64,000 bases of DNA, taken from positions 1,120,001-1,184,000 of the forward strand of contig OY970280.1 in NCBI GenBank assembly GCA_963715865.1, read 5' to 3'. A program made the translations under genes and the position numbers. This DNA is from Candidatus Bathyarchaeota archaeon. Its GTDB lineage: Archaea > Thermoproteota > Bathyarchaeia > Bathyarchaeales > Bathycorpusculaceae. Positions 38,221 through 48,286 of the stretch are shown here, piece by piece (position 1 is the stretch's first letter; each line of letters starts with the position of its first letter). The notes beneath the pieces were generated by a model. It did not search any database and was not told the DNA's origin. It worked only from the letters and a program-made list of their open reading frames with translations.

Positions 38221-39306
38221 TTAAGCGTTATCCCTAAGGAACATGGAAAGTTTACTCTTGGTGGGATGCTTGCCTTCGGGGTCTGAGAGGTAGCAGGCTG
38301 AAACCGCGTTTGCCAGCATTAAACGGCACTCGTCTGAAAGACCGTTTCTATCGCCTAAGATGTTTCCTGCGTTCCAAGCGTCACCCGCGCCAGTTGCCCG
38401 TAAAACCTTAACCTTAAAGGTAGGGACCACAACCTCTGTTTTGCCCTTTAAAGTGGCGGAGAAAACCGTGGTATGCAAGTCAATTCTTGCTGGTAGGTGC
38501 TTTGCTAAAATTCGTGCGGCTTCCATTGCTAACTCCGCAAACCCTAAATGCTCTTTTTTATCATTCAAAGTCTTATCAAGCAAAGCGGCGTAAATGATTG
38601 CTTCGTTCTCGTTCAGGCTTAAAATGTCCACTTGATTAGATTTCAGAACCATTTCCATCAATTCAGCGATTGCGCCGCTGTTAGGCGTGGGGTCTGCCGT
38701 GTCATAGTAAGTTTTGCCTTTGCCCTTCGTTTTTGCTCTGCCGAAAACCGCTTGAGCTAGCGCCGTGCCGAATTTTAATGTGCCAGCCCAGTTAAAGAGG
38801 CACGTGTAATCCGCATCCTCTATCAACGCGTAATCGCTCTCGTTGAGGCTTGCTGGACCAAAATCTGCTAGTGCACCTAAGTCTCTGAGCATAACGTTTG
38901 TTTTCTCATTTTTGTTTTTGAACTCTAAAGCAGTTGTTATTGAAGCTTTATCATGGATTTTTATGTGCGAAGTGTCGATTGGAGTGTCTTTGAAGTGGTA
39001 TTTTATTTGTTGTAAACCGAACTCGCTTGTGCAAACAATCGGTGTAACCTTGGCGCCTAGGTTGGCTAGGGCTGATGCCACGTTGATGGCGTTTCCTCCG
39101 CGGATGTCAGTTTGGTGGATGCCGTCGATGCTGCCACCTTTCCGTTTAGCCACATCTGCAATTAGCCCTGAAAACTCTGAGGCGTTCCAGTTCAGGTTTA
39201 TGAGTCTGTCAAGGAAGAAATCAGGCAAAACGACGACTTTGCATTCTTTGGGCTTTTCCTGTTCTAGAAAGTTTTTCAGTTCTTTTTTGCACTGCGCCAT
39301 GGACAT
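38221..39306 (-). CDS. PfkB-family carbohydrate kinase
   Basis: GGNAINVASALA and ATGAGDAWNAG motifs. Confidence 0.88.
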   Translation of the reverse strand: MSMAQCKKELKNFLEQEKPKECKVVVLPDFFLDRLINLNWNASEFSGLIADVAKRKGGSIDGIHQTDIRGGNAINVASALANLGAKVTPIVCTSEFGLQQIKYHFKDTPIDTSHIKIHDKASITTALEFKNKNEKTNVMLRDLGALADFGPASLNESDYALIEDADYTCLFNWAGTLKFGTALAQAVFGRAKTKGKGKTYYDTADPTPNSGAIAELMEMVLKSNQVDILSLNENEAIIYAALLDKTLNDKKEHLGFAELAMEAARILAKHLPARIDLHTTVFSATLKGKTEVVVPTFKVKVLRATGAGDAWNAGNILGDRNGLSDECRLMLANAVSACYLSDPEGKHPTKSKLSMFLRDNA

Positions 39307-39399
39307 TGAGAGGCTCCTATTAGTGTATTTCCAAAAAGCTAAAATACCTTTTGATTTAATGTTGTCTAAAGGGTATCTTGGAAGAGGGAGAAGAGCAGT

Positions 39400-39618
39400 T
39401 TGCAGTTTAAAACTGAAGTTTGCCTACTAGCCTTGGCAATTACATTGTTTGTGGTAAGCGCTTTCTTCTTTTCGTATCAAACTGGCAGCGCAACTTTTAA
39501 TCTAAATTGGTCTTATCCATACCGTGGATACGCCCTCGCGTTTGTCGGTTTTGGCTCAGTTCTTATGGTCACTGCATCCGTCTCTTATTCAAAACGCAGC
39601 AAAAGCATACTTCAATAA
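39400..39618 (+). CDS. Small 2-TM membrane protein
   Basis: 72 aa with two hydrophobic helices (YPYRGYA linker). Confidence 0.6.
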   Translation: MQFKTEVCLLALAITLFVVSAFFFSYQTGSATFNLNWSYPYRGYALAFVGFGSVLMVTASVSYSKRSKSILQ

Positions 39619-39630
39619 TCTTTTTGGTTT

Positions 39631-40452
39631 TTAGCCGAGGATGAATCGAACAAGCAACCAGACCATATCGCCAAACAGTAAGGCGACAATTAAACCTAAA
39701 GTTATGAATATTAGCATGGGTAAACCAGGCGTTGCCCACACATAGGCATCGATTTTTCCTGCCTGAGCTGCGTTAGATAAGCGTTCAACAATTTTATCTC
39801 GCCCCTCATCACGTGGAACAACTACTAGTTTTCGTTTTAAAGCGTTCTCGCCGTCATCTTCCACATCTTCCATAGGAAAAACGTGCCATTTCTCCTTTAA
39901 CTTGGCAACAGTCACTTTGTAACCAGTTATCAAGATAACCACTTTTTTCCATAGTGATTCATGTGCGAGTGTTCCTGCGAACATTTTTTTGCCAGTTTTT
40001 TTGTGCCAAACCAAATTGCGCAGAATCATGTATATGCCGCTGGCTGCTGCGAACAAGACGGCGTTGCTGAATATGGTTAACGGGAATATGAACTGTGAGA
40101 TGGGTGATAAGCTTCCACCTCCCAAGATGGGGGAGAATAGGTTTTCAGGAGCGAAGGGCAAGGCAAAGGCGATGCACATGAGGGCTTTTGAGTCAGCGCC
40201 GCCAAACGCACCCGAATAGAACAACAAAAACGCCAACCCGACGGTAAAGCCTACGCTAATGCCGAAAAGGGCAAGTTTTGAGGAGTCATAGAGGAGTAAC
40301 TCTGCAAGTGAAAGCGCGACTGCAATAGGTGCATAGATTGCCCAGACGCGGTTGCTTACTTCTCGGGTTTTGTAGTCGCTCCATGATGCATAAATGAGGA
40401 AGGCTGCTGTAACTGACACCCTTGCCGCAGTGAAGATTACTTGGAAGGTCAA
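39631..40452 (-). CDS. pibD: Prepilin/preflagellin peptidase (A24, PibD/FlaK-like)
   Basis: SWSDYKTREV, FGGADSKAL and C-terminal WATPGLPML motifs; ends the pilus-like operon. Confidence 0.88.
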   Translation of the reverse strand: MTFQVIFTAARVSVTAAFLIYASWSDYKTREVSNRVWAIYAPIAVALSLAELLLYDSSKLALFGISVGFTVGLAFLLFYSGAFGGADSKALMCIAFALPFAPENLFSPILGGGSLSPISQFIFPLTIFSNAVLFAAASGIYMILRNLVWHKKTGKKMFAGTLAHESLWKKVVILITGYKVTVAKLKEKWHVFPMEDVEDDGENALKRKLVVVPRDEGRDKIVERLSNAAQAGKIDAYVWATPGLPMLIFITLGLIVALLFGDMVWLLVRFILG

Positions 40453-40563
40453 TCTAATCCCTTGCTGTTATTTCTTTTGACTTACCCATTTTAAAAAACC
40501 GTCTGCTTAATATTTATTATATGAAAGGTAAATACTTAGCAAAAATAAGTATTGAAAATGTGG

Positions 40564-43500
40564 CTAGTTTTCAATGTCTATAGTTATTGTTGGCGGCAGC
40601 TCAGCCAGTATCCAGAGTCCAGGTTGACCGTATCCGCTATAAATTGGGGGAGCGGAACCATCAAAAGTTGCCACTGCACCATACCAAGTCACATCCAAGG
40701 CAGTTTGGAATGAAACGGGGCTAAGCGTCACGGGAAGCAACGAGATTGTTTGAGCTGAGGAGTCCGCTTTAATTGCTCCTGTAGCATTTGCGAGAGACAT
40801 GGCGTCAAAGACGTAAAGCATTTGGTTAGCTTGGTCAGTGAACATTATGCCTGCACCTTTTGTGCTGTCGGTGAATTGGCTCCAGTGATGCACCGAAGTT
40901 CCTGTGGAGTTGCTGAATGTTTGTGTGCCGCTTGCAACAACCGGGTCGCCGTTCAAAGTCCCGTTTTCAGTTTGCAATTGTCCTACATTTGAAGTCATGT
41001 TAATTGGGCATAGGTCGGTTATTGTGCGGGTTTGCGTTGAATTGATAAACATGAGACTAAGTTGATAAGTGTAGTAGGTTGCGTTAGCAGGTAAAGTGAG
41101 CACCATGTCAGCGTAGAGGTTTGGACAATTATTAACTCCGTTGTTCCATTCGGCTTCCTGTTGCACTATGTCTCGAACTACGCCGTTGTATATGACATAG
41201 TCTATTCCAGATCCGTAAGTGCTATCTTGATTGTTTATTCGCATGAAACTTGCCGTGCTCGAGGTGCTGGTACCAACAACTGTTGAAGTTACGATGAAAC
41301 CGCCGCTGAATTGGAGACTTAACTTCCCATTGCTAAGCAAGTTGCCACTTGGATTGTCGCTAGTAAAGTACGTGTTCGTATAAGCCAAGGGAGTTTGTGC
41401 TGCTTGGTCGCTGCCGTTCCACCACACAGTGAAATCTGAAACGTGAGTGTTTACAAGAAAAACAATCATTTGCCTGTTACCAAAAACCGTTGTGTTATCT
41501 GTTAATCCTAACGGAACAGTGTAGGAAGATGCCCAGTCTTCAATTTGGAAGGGCACTTGTTGATTGACGCCGTCTATGGTTTCGTTAACGTGAATGGCTT
41601 TCACGGGAACAGGCGGAACAGGAACAGTTTGAGTCGTATTTTGCAGGTTTTGACCTAACCAGATCATAGTTCCATTTTGAAGGAGCTCGACGGCAACTGT
41701 TGCTGCTGGATTTTGTAGTGACAAGAATAGGTCTTGATCAGACTGTGGTCTAAGAAGAGCCGCATCTATCTGCCACCCTTTCGGTATTATAGTGTTGCTG
41801 GCGCTGAATCTGATTGTAAAATTAGGCGAGGTTAAATATGAACTGATGGAAAGGTTGTTCCAGCCGCTAACTAAAGAATTTGAGATAGGCTGCCATGCGC
41901 CACCGTTCCAAGCGTCAACCGCCAATCCTGCAGGTGAAGATGCACCTGTGTTGATGCAGAGGACTGGGTGAGAATTAAAGTAGGTTGCATTCACGTCTGT
42001 CCATTGTTCTTGGAGGTTAAGCATGTAGCTAGGAACATCTGGACTATACTGCACCATGTCCAGATTCAGGTTAAACTGCGTCGTAGTTGATTTAGTGGCT
42101 GTAATCATGACTTTCCAGTATCCGCTACTGTTCAAAAAGCTAGTCGGGATAGCAGTGATTGTTTGAGTATTTAATGAATCGCTGGTTCCGATTGTAGCAG
42201 TCATGAATCCGTCACCGCTGTTTGGGTACAGCCCTGTGCCCCAGTTGTAAAGCTGGAAAGTGGCAGTTACGCCGCTGATAGAAGCTAAGCTGTCTATTGT
42301 CCAAATAAGGTCATTCCAAGGGGTAGACGCGCTTGATTGCCCAGTGAACTCAACCTGTGCAGTGTATTGGTTTGCTGTTGAGTAAGTGCAGTAGATGCTA
42401 TACGCTCGTTGGTTACCTTGACCTTGATCACTAAGAGATGTTGGCCAAGTTGGGTAGCTTGCAGAACCTCTGAAGTACTCAGCCGTGCCCGAATCGTAGT
42501 ATATGTTGACGCTTGTATCCGAGGCTTCAACCGCCAAAACATAGTTTGTGGATGCCATCAAATTTAGTTGAGATATAAAGTTGAATGTAACCCAACCATT
42601 CACAGTGGTTAATACATTTTCTTGAGTACTTGCGATTAGTGTACTGCCATCACCAGAATAGATGCCAGCCTGCGCTTTGAACGCGGTGAGATAGTTGCAT
42701 CGAATGGAGTATTGATTGGAATTCGATGAAAAACTTGGGGAGGATGGCCAGTTGCTGCCATAAGTTGATGAGACGTACCGGCCACTACCGCCAGAAGAAG
42801 AACGATAAAGGAGTGCGTCGCCACCAGTTCCAGAGTCAGACCAAACAACCAGTATGTAATTCGTATTTGCCGTTAAGGTTGGTTTAGGATCATTGAAGAC
42901 AAAATTTTGTGAGCCAGTGCCTACCGAAATTAACTTTTCTTGCGTTGCACCAATAAAATTGCCGTTTGAGTCGTAAATAGCTGCTTTGATGTGCTTTGCG
43001 CTCACTGTGACAGATATGTAGGCGTCTATGCTTTGAGCGAGGGCGAGAGTTGCTCCAGATGTAAATGATCCGGAGTTAAATATGCTGCCTCTAAGGGTGT
43101 TAAGGAGAGTTGGAGTTCCCGATGAACCGCCGCCTGTGTTGGTTGTTCCAAAATTGTTTGATGATGACGTAAATGTTAGATACGCGCTTATGCTGTTGGC
43201 TAGACCCGCTTGGGTTATTGTAAAGCTGGAACCCCTAACATAGTTAAAGCCGCTTGGAGATTTGCCATTGGTGACATAGCCGAAAGTGTTGGATGCCCCC
43301 GAAAAATTAGACCCGTAAGAGTGGAAACTCATGTACACGCCGTTGCAACTTTGCAGGTCATTTGTTGTACCACTAGCCCAAGTTGTTGAACCTATCGGGT
43401 TCCAGTATATGGGGTAGCTTGGTTGTGGCACTGTTCCGGAGGTTGCTTCTGTCATGGTGTCATATATAGCGTCTGGACCTTGCTGTTGTGCTGTAAAGTT

Positions 43501-44325
43501 GCTGTGGGCACCTTGATCGGGAATAGAATCTATGCTTGAGTTATATTGGTCTACGTAATCTCCGCCGCTCACTACACTGCTGTTGAATATTAGGCTTCCA
43601 GTGTAGTGGCTAAATGAGGAAGCTGCAACCGTGATGCCGCGGGTGTCTTGCACCTGAATGGCGAAGCCCTGTGGGTTTATTCCAGACGGGATATCAATAA
43701 TGTAGGTACCGTTGCTGGAAGAGGCGGGCTCATCGGGCGGGTTCGCCATTGCCCAGGACAAGTTATTATATTCATAAAGATAAAATTTGAAACTTGACAT
43801 GCTTAAACCGACTACAGGCGTATTTTCGTCTTTGACAACGGTTAGGGAAACTTGATTGTTGGAGGAAGAGGGATTAATCTGGACATCTAGTCGGCAGGAT
43901 GCTGTGTATGCTATGCCACAGATGCCTAGCCCTGTTAGGTCGTATGTGACGTTTAGGTTTGCTTGGCTATAGCTTGCGTTCGTAAACCAGTTAGTGCCTA
44001 GCGACAGGTTAGCGACGTTGAAGGAGGCGCCCCACTCGGGTTTTATGTCAGCCACGTTTTCTAAACCGCTGTCCAAGTATTTTGTGGCAAGCGTTTGGGC
44101 ATATGACGAGTTACCTGTAACTTGCATAACGGAGCCGTAGTAGCCTACGGTGAAGCCTAAAATTTGTTTCAGCGCCAAGTTAGTTTCATCTATGGCGCTT
44201 AAGATTTGGGGTTGATCTTGAATTGGGCTATAGCGTATTGCAGCGTAGGTTGCCGTGACTGAAGCTACTAGAACTATTGCAACCAGCAAAGCGGCAATAA
44301 TTGAAAACTGTCCCTTATTGTTCAA
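40564..44325 (-). CDS. Large pilin-like surface adhesin with class III signal peptide
   Basis: NNKG|QFSIIAALLV class III-like N-terminus (TTG 44325 after GGAGG); S/T/N/G-rich beta-sandwich repeats; about 1,250 aa. Confidence 0.8.
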   Translation of the reverse strand: MNNKGQFSIIAALLVAIVLVASVTATYAAIRYSPIQDQPQILSAIDETNLALKQILGFTVGYYGSVMQVTGNSSYAQTLATKYLDSGLENVADIKPEWGASFNVANLSLGTNWFTNASYSQANLNVTYDLTGLGICGIAYTASCRLDVQINPSSSNNQVSLTVVKDENTPVVGLSMSSFKFYLYEYNNLSWAMANPPDEPASSSNGTYIIDIPSGINPQGFAIQVQDTRGITVAASSFSHYTGSLIFNSSVVSGGDYVDQYNSSIDSIPDQGAHSNFTAQQQGPDAIYDTMTEATSGTVPQPSYPIYWNPIGSTTWASGTTNDLQSCNGVYMSFHSYGSNFSGASNTFGYVTNGKSPSGFNYVRGSSFTITQAGLANSISAYLTFTSSSNNFGTTNTGGGSSGTPTLLNTLRGSIFNSGSFTSGATLALAQSIDAYISVTVSAKHIKAAIYDSNGNFIGATQEKLISVGTGSQNFVFNDPKPTLTANTNYILVVWSDSGTGGDALLYRSSSGGSGRYVSSTYGSNWPSSPSFSSNSNQYSIRCNYLTAFKAQAGIYSGDGSTLIASTQENVLTTVNGWVTFNFISQLNLMASTNYVLAVEASDTSVNIYYDSGTAEYFRGSASYPTWPTSLSDQGQGNQRAYSIYCTYSTANQYTAQVEFTGQSSASTPWNDLIWTIDSLASISGVTATFQLYNWGTGLYPNSGDGFMTATIGTSDSLNTQTITAIPTSFLNSSGYWKVMITATKSTTTQFNLNLDMVQYSPDVPSYMLNLQEQWTDVNATYFNSHPVLCINTGASSPAGLAVDAWNGGAWQPISNSLVSGWNNLSISSYLTSPNFTIRFSASNTIIPKGWQIDAALLRPQSDQDLFLSLQNPAATVAVELLQNGTMIWLGQNLQNTTQTVPVPPVPVKAIHVNETIDGVNQQVPFQIEDWASSYTVPLGLTDNTTVFGNRQMIVFLVNTHVSDFTVWWNGSDQAAQTPLAYTNTYFTSDNPSGNLLSNGKLSLQFSGGFIVTSTVVGTSTSSTASFMRINNQDSTYGSGIDYVIYNGVVRDIVQQEAEWNNGVNNCPNLYADMVLTLPANATYYTYQLSLMFINSTQTRTITDLCPINMTSNVGQLQTENGTLNGDPVVASGTQTFSNSTGTSVHHWSQFTDSTKGAGIMFTDQANQMLYVFDAMSLANATGAIKADSSAQTISLLPVTLSPVSFQTALDVTWYGAVATFDGSAPPIYSGYGQPGLWILAELPPTITIDIEN

Positions 44326-44326
44326 T

Positions 44327-45670
44327 TTAGGCGCCTCCAGCCAGTCCAAGTTGTAAAACTACCAGTCGGGAAGTTCCTGATGCTGTATATTCCGAAGGGT
44401 AGAGACTAGGTTGATAATCGGACAATAAGCCCAGTGCTGTGAGTCTGATGTCTGGAGTTCGCGTTAAACCTAAAGCGTAGAATCCACCTTGGTATTGTGA
44501 TGTCTGGTTAACCGTAATAAAGTGCCGATAAATCGCGCCTGGGTTCCAACTGCCCACAGTGTTAAAAACGTAAGTTGTCACATTTAGGTGATAACTGTTT
44601 AGAATAGAGGTTGGTAATGCTCTCGTCGAAGTCTGAGTTTGTGATGGATAAATACCATAATAGTTGCAGCTTCCCAAGGCTTTATTGGACAGATTTACTA
44701 AGCCAGGACTGCCAGTAGTGCTATCACCATATGAATAGGTCTGATTGTCTATCCCTTGAAGGAAGGCGGTTAATCCTGCTGCACCGTCACCACCGTTCTT
44801 GCCGATCATATTCATACCATATATGCCCCAAGTGTTCTGGCTGTTGGAAAACAAAGCAACATTTGACACGTAATAGAATGGCCACCCAACTATGCTGGCC
44901 CATGTCCAATTGTACTGCAAAACTCTCTGACCTATTGTATAAGCATAGCGTGTATAGGAACTGCTGGCAGAATCATAACCGACTCCTGTGCTCTGGTAAT
45001 AACCAGACGGAATAGGCACTGCTTCTCCGCATGTGTTAATGATTACGGCGTTCTGAACTGCTTCGCCTTGCAGTGCTGTCCCGTTTAGTATCTGTGCAAG
45101 CTGTGCAGTATTCTGCACCATTATTGTGTTAACAAAATACGGCGATAATAGATTGTACAAGTCTTGAGCTAAACTTTGCGCGGTATAACCGGTAATCCAC
45201 CAGCCGTTTGCATCACTGCAATTCAAAATGTATAGTGTTCCGCCGTTGCCGTTCTCACCTATTTTCTGCGGTGTAAAATTAAAAGTCACGTTTGAAGAAG
45301 CTACTGTGTACGTTGAAACATCGGAGGTTGCACCTAGAGTCTCAGCGTTTGAAATAGAAGTTACATCACTGTAAAGTGGCACTCCGCCAGCGTTTACATC
45401 ATAGACTGTTAGATTGTATATGATGTTCGGTGGCAGTGAAGCTGAAAGAGCAACTTGTAGCCCACCCCAAAGCGTTGAATTATCCGTTTCAAACGCTGCT
45501 TTACTTAAATCATAATCAGAATCAAGCAGTTGCAAAGTCGTTAAAGACAGGCGGTTAAGATTTATTGGCGAAACCTGTCTTGGCGCCGGCAAAACAGCAA
45601 AGTAGGAAGCTCCTATGAATGCGCCAGCGAGAATTATTATTACGAATAACACTTCGATTGTGCGAATCAT
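44327..45670 (-). CDS. Pilin-like secreted protein (447 aa)
   Basis: N-terminal MIRTIEVLFVIIILAGAF hydrophobic helix with Glu; translationally coupled in the operon. Confidence 0.7.
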   Translation of the reverse strand: MIRTIEVLFVIIILAGAFIGASYFAVLPAPRQVSPINLNRLSLTTLQLLDSDYDLSKAAFETDNSTLWGGLQVALSASLPPNIIYNLTVYDVNAGGVPLYSDVTSISNAETLGATSDVSTYTVASSNVTFNFTPQKIGENGNGGTLYILNCSDANGWWITGYTAQSLAQDLYNLLSPYFVNTIMVQNTAQLAQILNGTALQGEAVQNAVIINTCGEAVPIPSGYYQSTGVGYDSASSSYTRYAYTIGQRVLQYNWTWASIVGWPFYYVSNVALFSNSQNTWGIYGMNMIGKNGGDGAAGLTAFLQGIDNQTYSYGDSTTGSPGLVNLSNKALGSCNYYGIYPSQTQTSTRALPTSILNSYHLNVTTYVFNTVGSWNPGAIYRHFITVNQTSQYQGGFYALGLTRTPDIRLTALGLLSDYQPSLYPSEYTASGTSRLVVLQLGLAGGA

Positions 45671-46925
45671 TTAGCCAGCCACCTGTACGCCTTGATTCCA
45701 CAATTCAAGTTTTGCTTGGTAGGCGATGCCGCCGATTGTTACTTGACGTATGTCAGTTGCAACCCACTCTTGCCCCTGAGGATTGCCCCCGAACGTTACT
45801 GGAAAAGCTAGAGAACTGATGCCCCAAGGCATCATTACTACGCCGCCTTGAGTGGAGCCCTCTTGTTGGTAGGTAACTATCAAAATGCCGGTTGTACATG
45901 TTGGCAAGGTAATAGAGTGATATGGGTTGCCAGGGCCAGAAATACTATAGTTCGCTATATCTGGATTGTTGGAACCTTCAAGAGACAACTCGCTAAGTGT
46001 ATAATCTTCTTTTAAGATAACAAAAGTGGCGTTATACTTTAGGGTACTTCCCTGTTGACCTGAATTGTTTAGGTCATAATTATGCGCCAATACAACTGTT
46101 TGCGAGCCCATATCCTGTACGATAGGAACGATGTATTGGTCGGTAGCTGAGACACGCGTGTGGTAGCCTACTCCTACAATGCCATCCAGATGTGCGTAGG
46201 CAATGAATGCATAATTTTGGTTTACATCTGTTACAGTTGGGAATAGTACGTTAGCCATACCTATGCTGATTAGTGGTGATGGCACTAGTTTGTATGGTGT
46301 AGGATGGATAGTCGGCGTCAGTTTGAGCCATTGTAACTAGGATGAGGCAGTAGTTTATGGTTGCACCGGCAAATGGAAAGCCTGTTCCACTTGCGCTTAT
46401 TAATAGATTTAACGGTGAGCCAAGGACGTTCGTTTGATTTACGGATACAGTAATGTCTGGAGTGAGTGTTAATTGGAAGCCGTATGTATTGTTTATTCCA
46501 AGCAGTGTCAACGCTGTGGAATAGTTAAGTGCTTGAGCGTTTGGCGTTAGCAGAGAGGCGCCAAATCCTAAACTTGCGTTGTTATAGTATATGCTGGGGC
46601 TGGTTTTGTCATATTCAACCATGTTTCCTGTTGAAGAACCCAGCCGCATAAGTGAAAAGGGACTTAGTTGATACTGGGTAAACTCTGGGTCCTGCAATCC
46701 GAAACCTGATGGTATACTACCATCGGTTCCCCAAGTGGCGTTTATGCCTGGATTCAAAAGTATGGTATCTAAAAGGTCGCTAGTTTTTGTTGACAACGAG
46801 CTGTGGCTTTCGTAAACAATTGCGGTTTGAATGGGTTGACTGAAAAGCCCGATAAAAATCAGGATAGCAGCGATGAACACTATGAGCGATACCATGTGGT
46901 CCAATGTTGCACTTGCCATACTCAA
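45671..46925 (-). CDS. Pilin-like secreted protein, frameshifted (one extra base at about 46263-46265)
   Basis: ORFs 46251..46925 and 45671..46285 join after TTNQ into IGMANVLF. N-terminus SATLDH plus TM helix. Span is 3n+1. Confidence 0.7.
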
Positions 46926-47410
46926 GTGCCTCCTTGAAAAGACAGCGAAATGATACCTGACGCTTTAGTGGCGCTTATGAGCGAAATATTGTTACTTTTA
47001 AATGTTGAATTGTTTTGCCAATAAGCATTTTGCCCCAAGGTAACGAGTGTTGAAGCTTTACCGCTGGCACCTATGAGGCTAAGAGTTAGGTTCATAACCT
47101 CAACCTTACTATTGAGATTTGTAGCATTGCTCAAAGTTATCATGTAATTGTAACCGTTATTACCATCTTCTATTGTAGTCGGCACGTCCAACTTGGCGGT
47201 AAGTGCACCGCTAGAAATCGACGCATGATTCATAGTGTAATAAAGCTGCTGGATAGAACTGCCTAAATGCCCCGATACCTCTTGAAGTTCCAATGTCATC
47301 CGTGAATTAGACCAAGCACCCATAATTGTTGTGGCAGCGATTGGAAAAAGGAAAATTTGCAGAATCAAAATCGGAACCATAATCATGTATTCAATAGTTA
47401 CCTGCGGCAA
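46922..47410 (-). CDS. Minor pilin-like protein
   Basis: MPQVTIEYMIMVPILIL N-terminus (Q-x-T-x-E pilin pattern); SD GGAGG. Confidence 0.75.
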   Translation of the reverse strand: MPQVTIEYMIMVPILILQIFLFPIAATTIMGAWSNSRMTLELQEVSGHLGSSIQQLYYTMNHASISSGALTAKLDVPTTIEDGNNGYNYMITLSNATNLNSKVEVMNLTLSLIGASGKASTLVTLGQNAYWQNNSTFKSNNISLISATKASGIISLSFQGGT

Positions 47411-47427
47411 TTTTCACCCTCCATGTA

Positions 47428-48280
47428 CTATACTTGCCCTTCAGCAACTTGCACCTCACCGAAGTAAAATTCAACAACCGAATTAGAAATGTTGAGTGTT
47501 ACAGTGTTGCTAGCAAAATTGAAAAAGGAAGCGTCAAATCCAGAGTTTGCGTTTGGACTAACACTAATAATTACTTTATTGACGCCAGTTTCAGTAATTT
47601 TTGTGACGTTTTCTCCAGTCAACGTTACAGATGGGGAACTAGAAAATGTTGTGCCACCCTTGGTCAAATATGGTATATAAAACTTGAAGTAACTTGTTGG
47701 CTGGGCACCCGTAATTGTAGAATTAAGCACTCTTATGGTAGGCACTAGGACTATTCGGGTATAGCTTGTGGCATTCGTGGATAGTTTTTCCTCGCAAAAT
47801 ACTTGACTTACTGGCGCTGAAGAACCACTTTGCAAAAATGAGCCGTTGGCAGAAATGGGAACTCGTTCAAAGTAATTGTTGCCTACTGAATATGAACTTA
47901 CAGGCATATTGTATAGAATGATTCCTGTTTCAGGCGCGGTGAAATTTACCCATCCTGAACTGCTGGTGTAAAGTTGAAAGGTGTAATTTAGCACTGATTC
48001 ATTAAAATTTAGGACTCCGTACTTGCTTGAGTAGGTAACCGTCTGTGTTCGACCAATCGTCCAAGCTATGTCGTCTATTTGCTGTCCAGTCGTTTGCATG
48101 AATTGTTGGTTAGTGCTGAATTCGTTCTGAGCCATCTGTATATTCAAGGTATTATACGCGTAACTCATGGCTACTAAAATCATGACGATGCCAGCAGCAG
48201 TAAGTATAACGGTTGAAATGGCGGGACTAATTGCTCTCTTGTCCTTTCGTAAACTTCGGTGACAATTTCTCGTATTTCAC
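47428..48280 (-). CDS. Pilin-like protein with class III signal peptide, probably frameshifted near the 5' end
   Basis: In-frame upstream of the annotated ATG is HRSLRKDKRA|ISPAISTVIL. GTG 48280 after GGAG is one base out of frame (AAA run 48266-48268). Confidence 0.7.
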
Positions 48281-48286
48281 TCTCTC

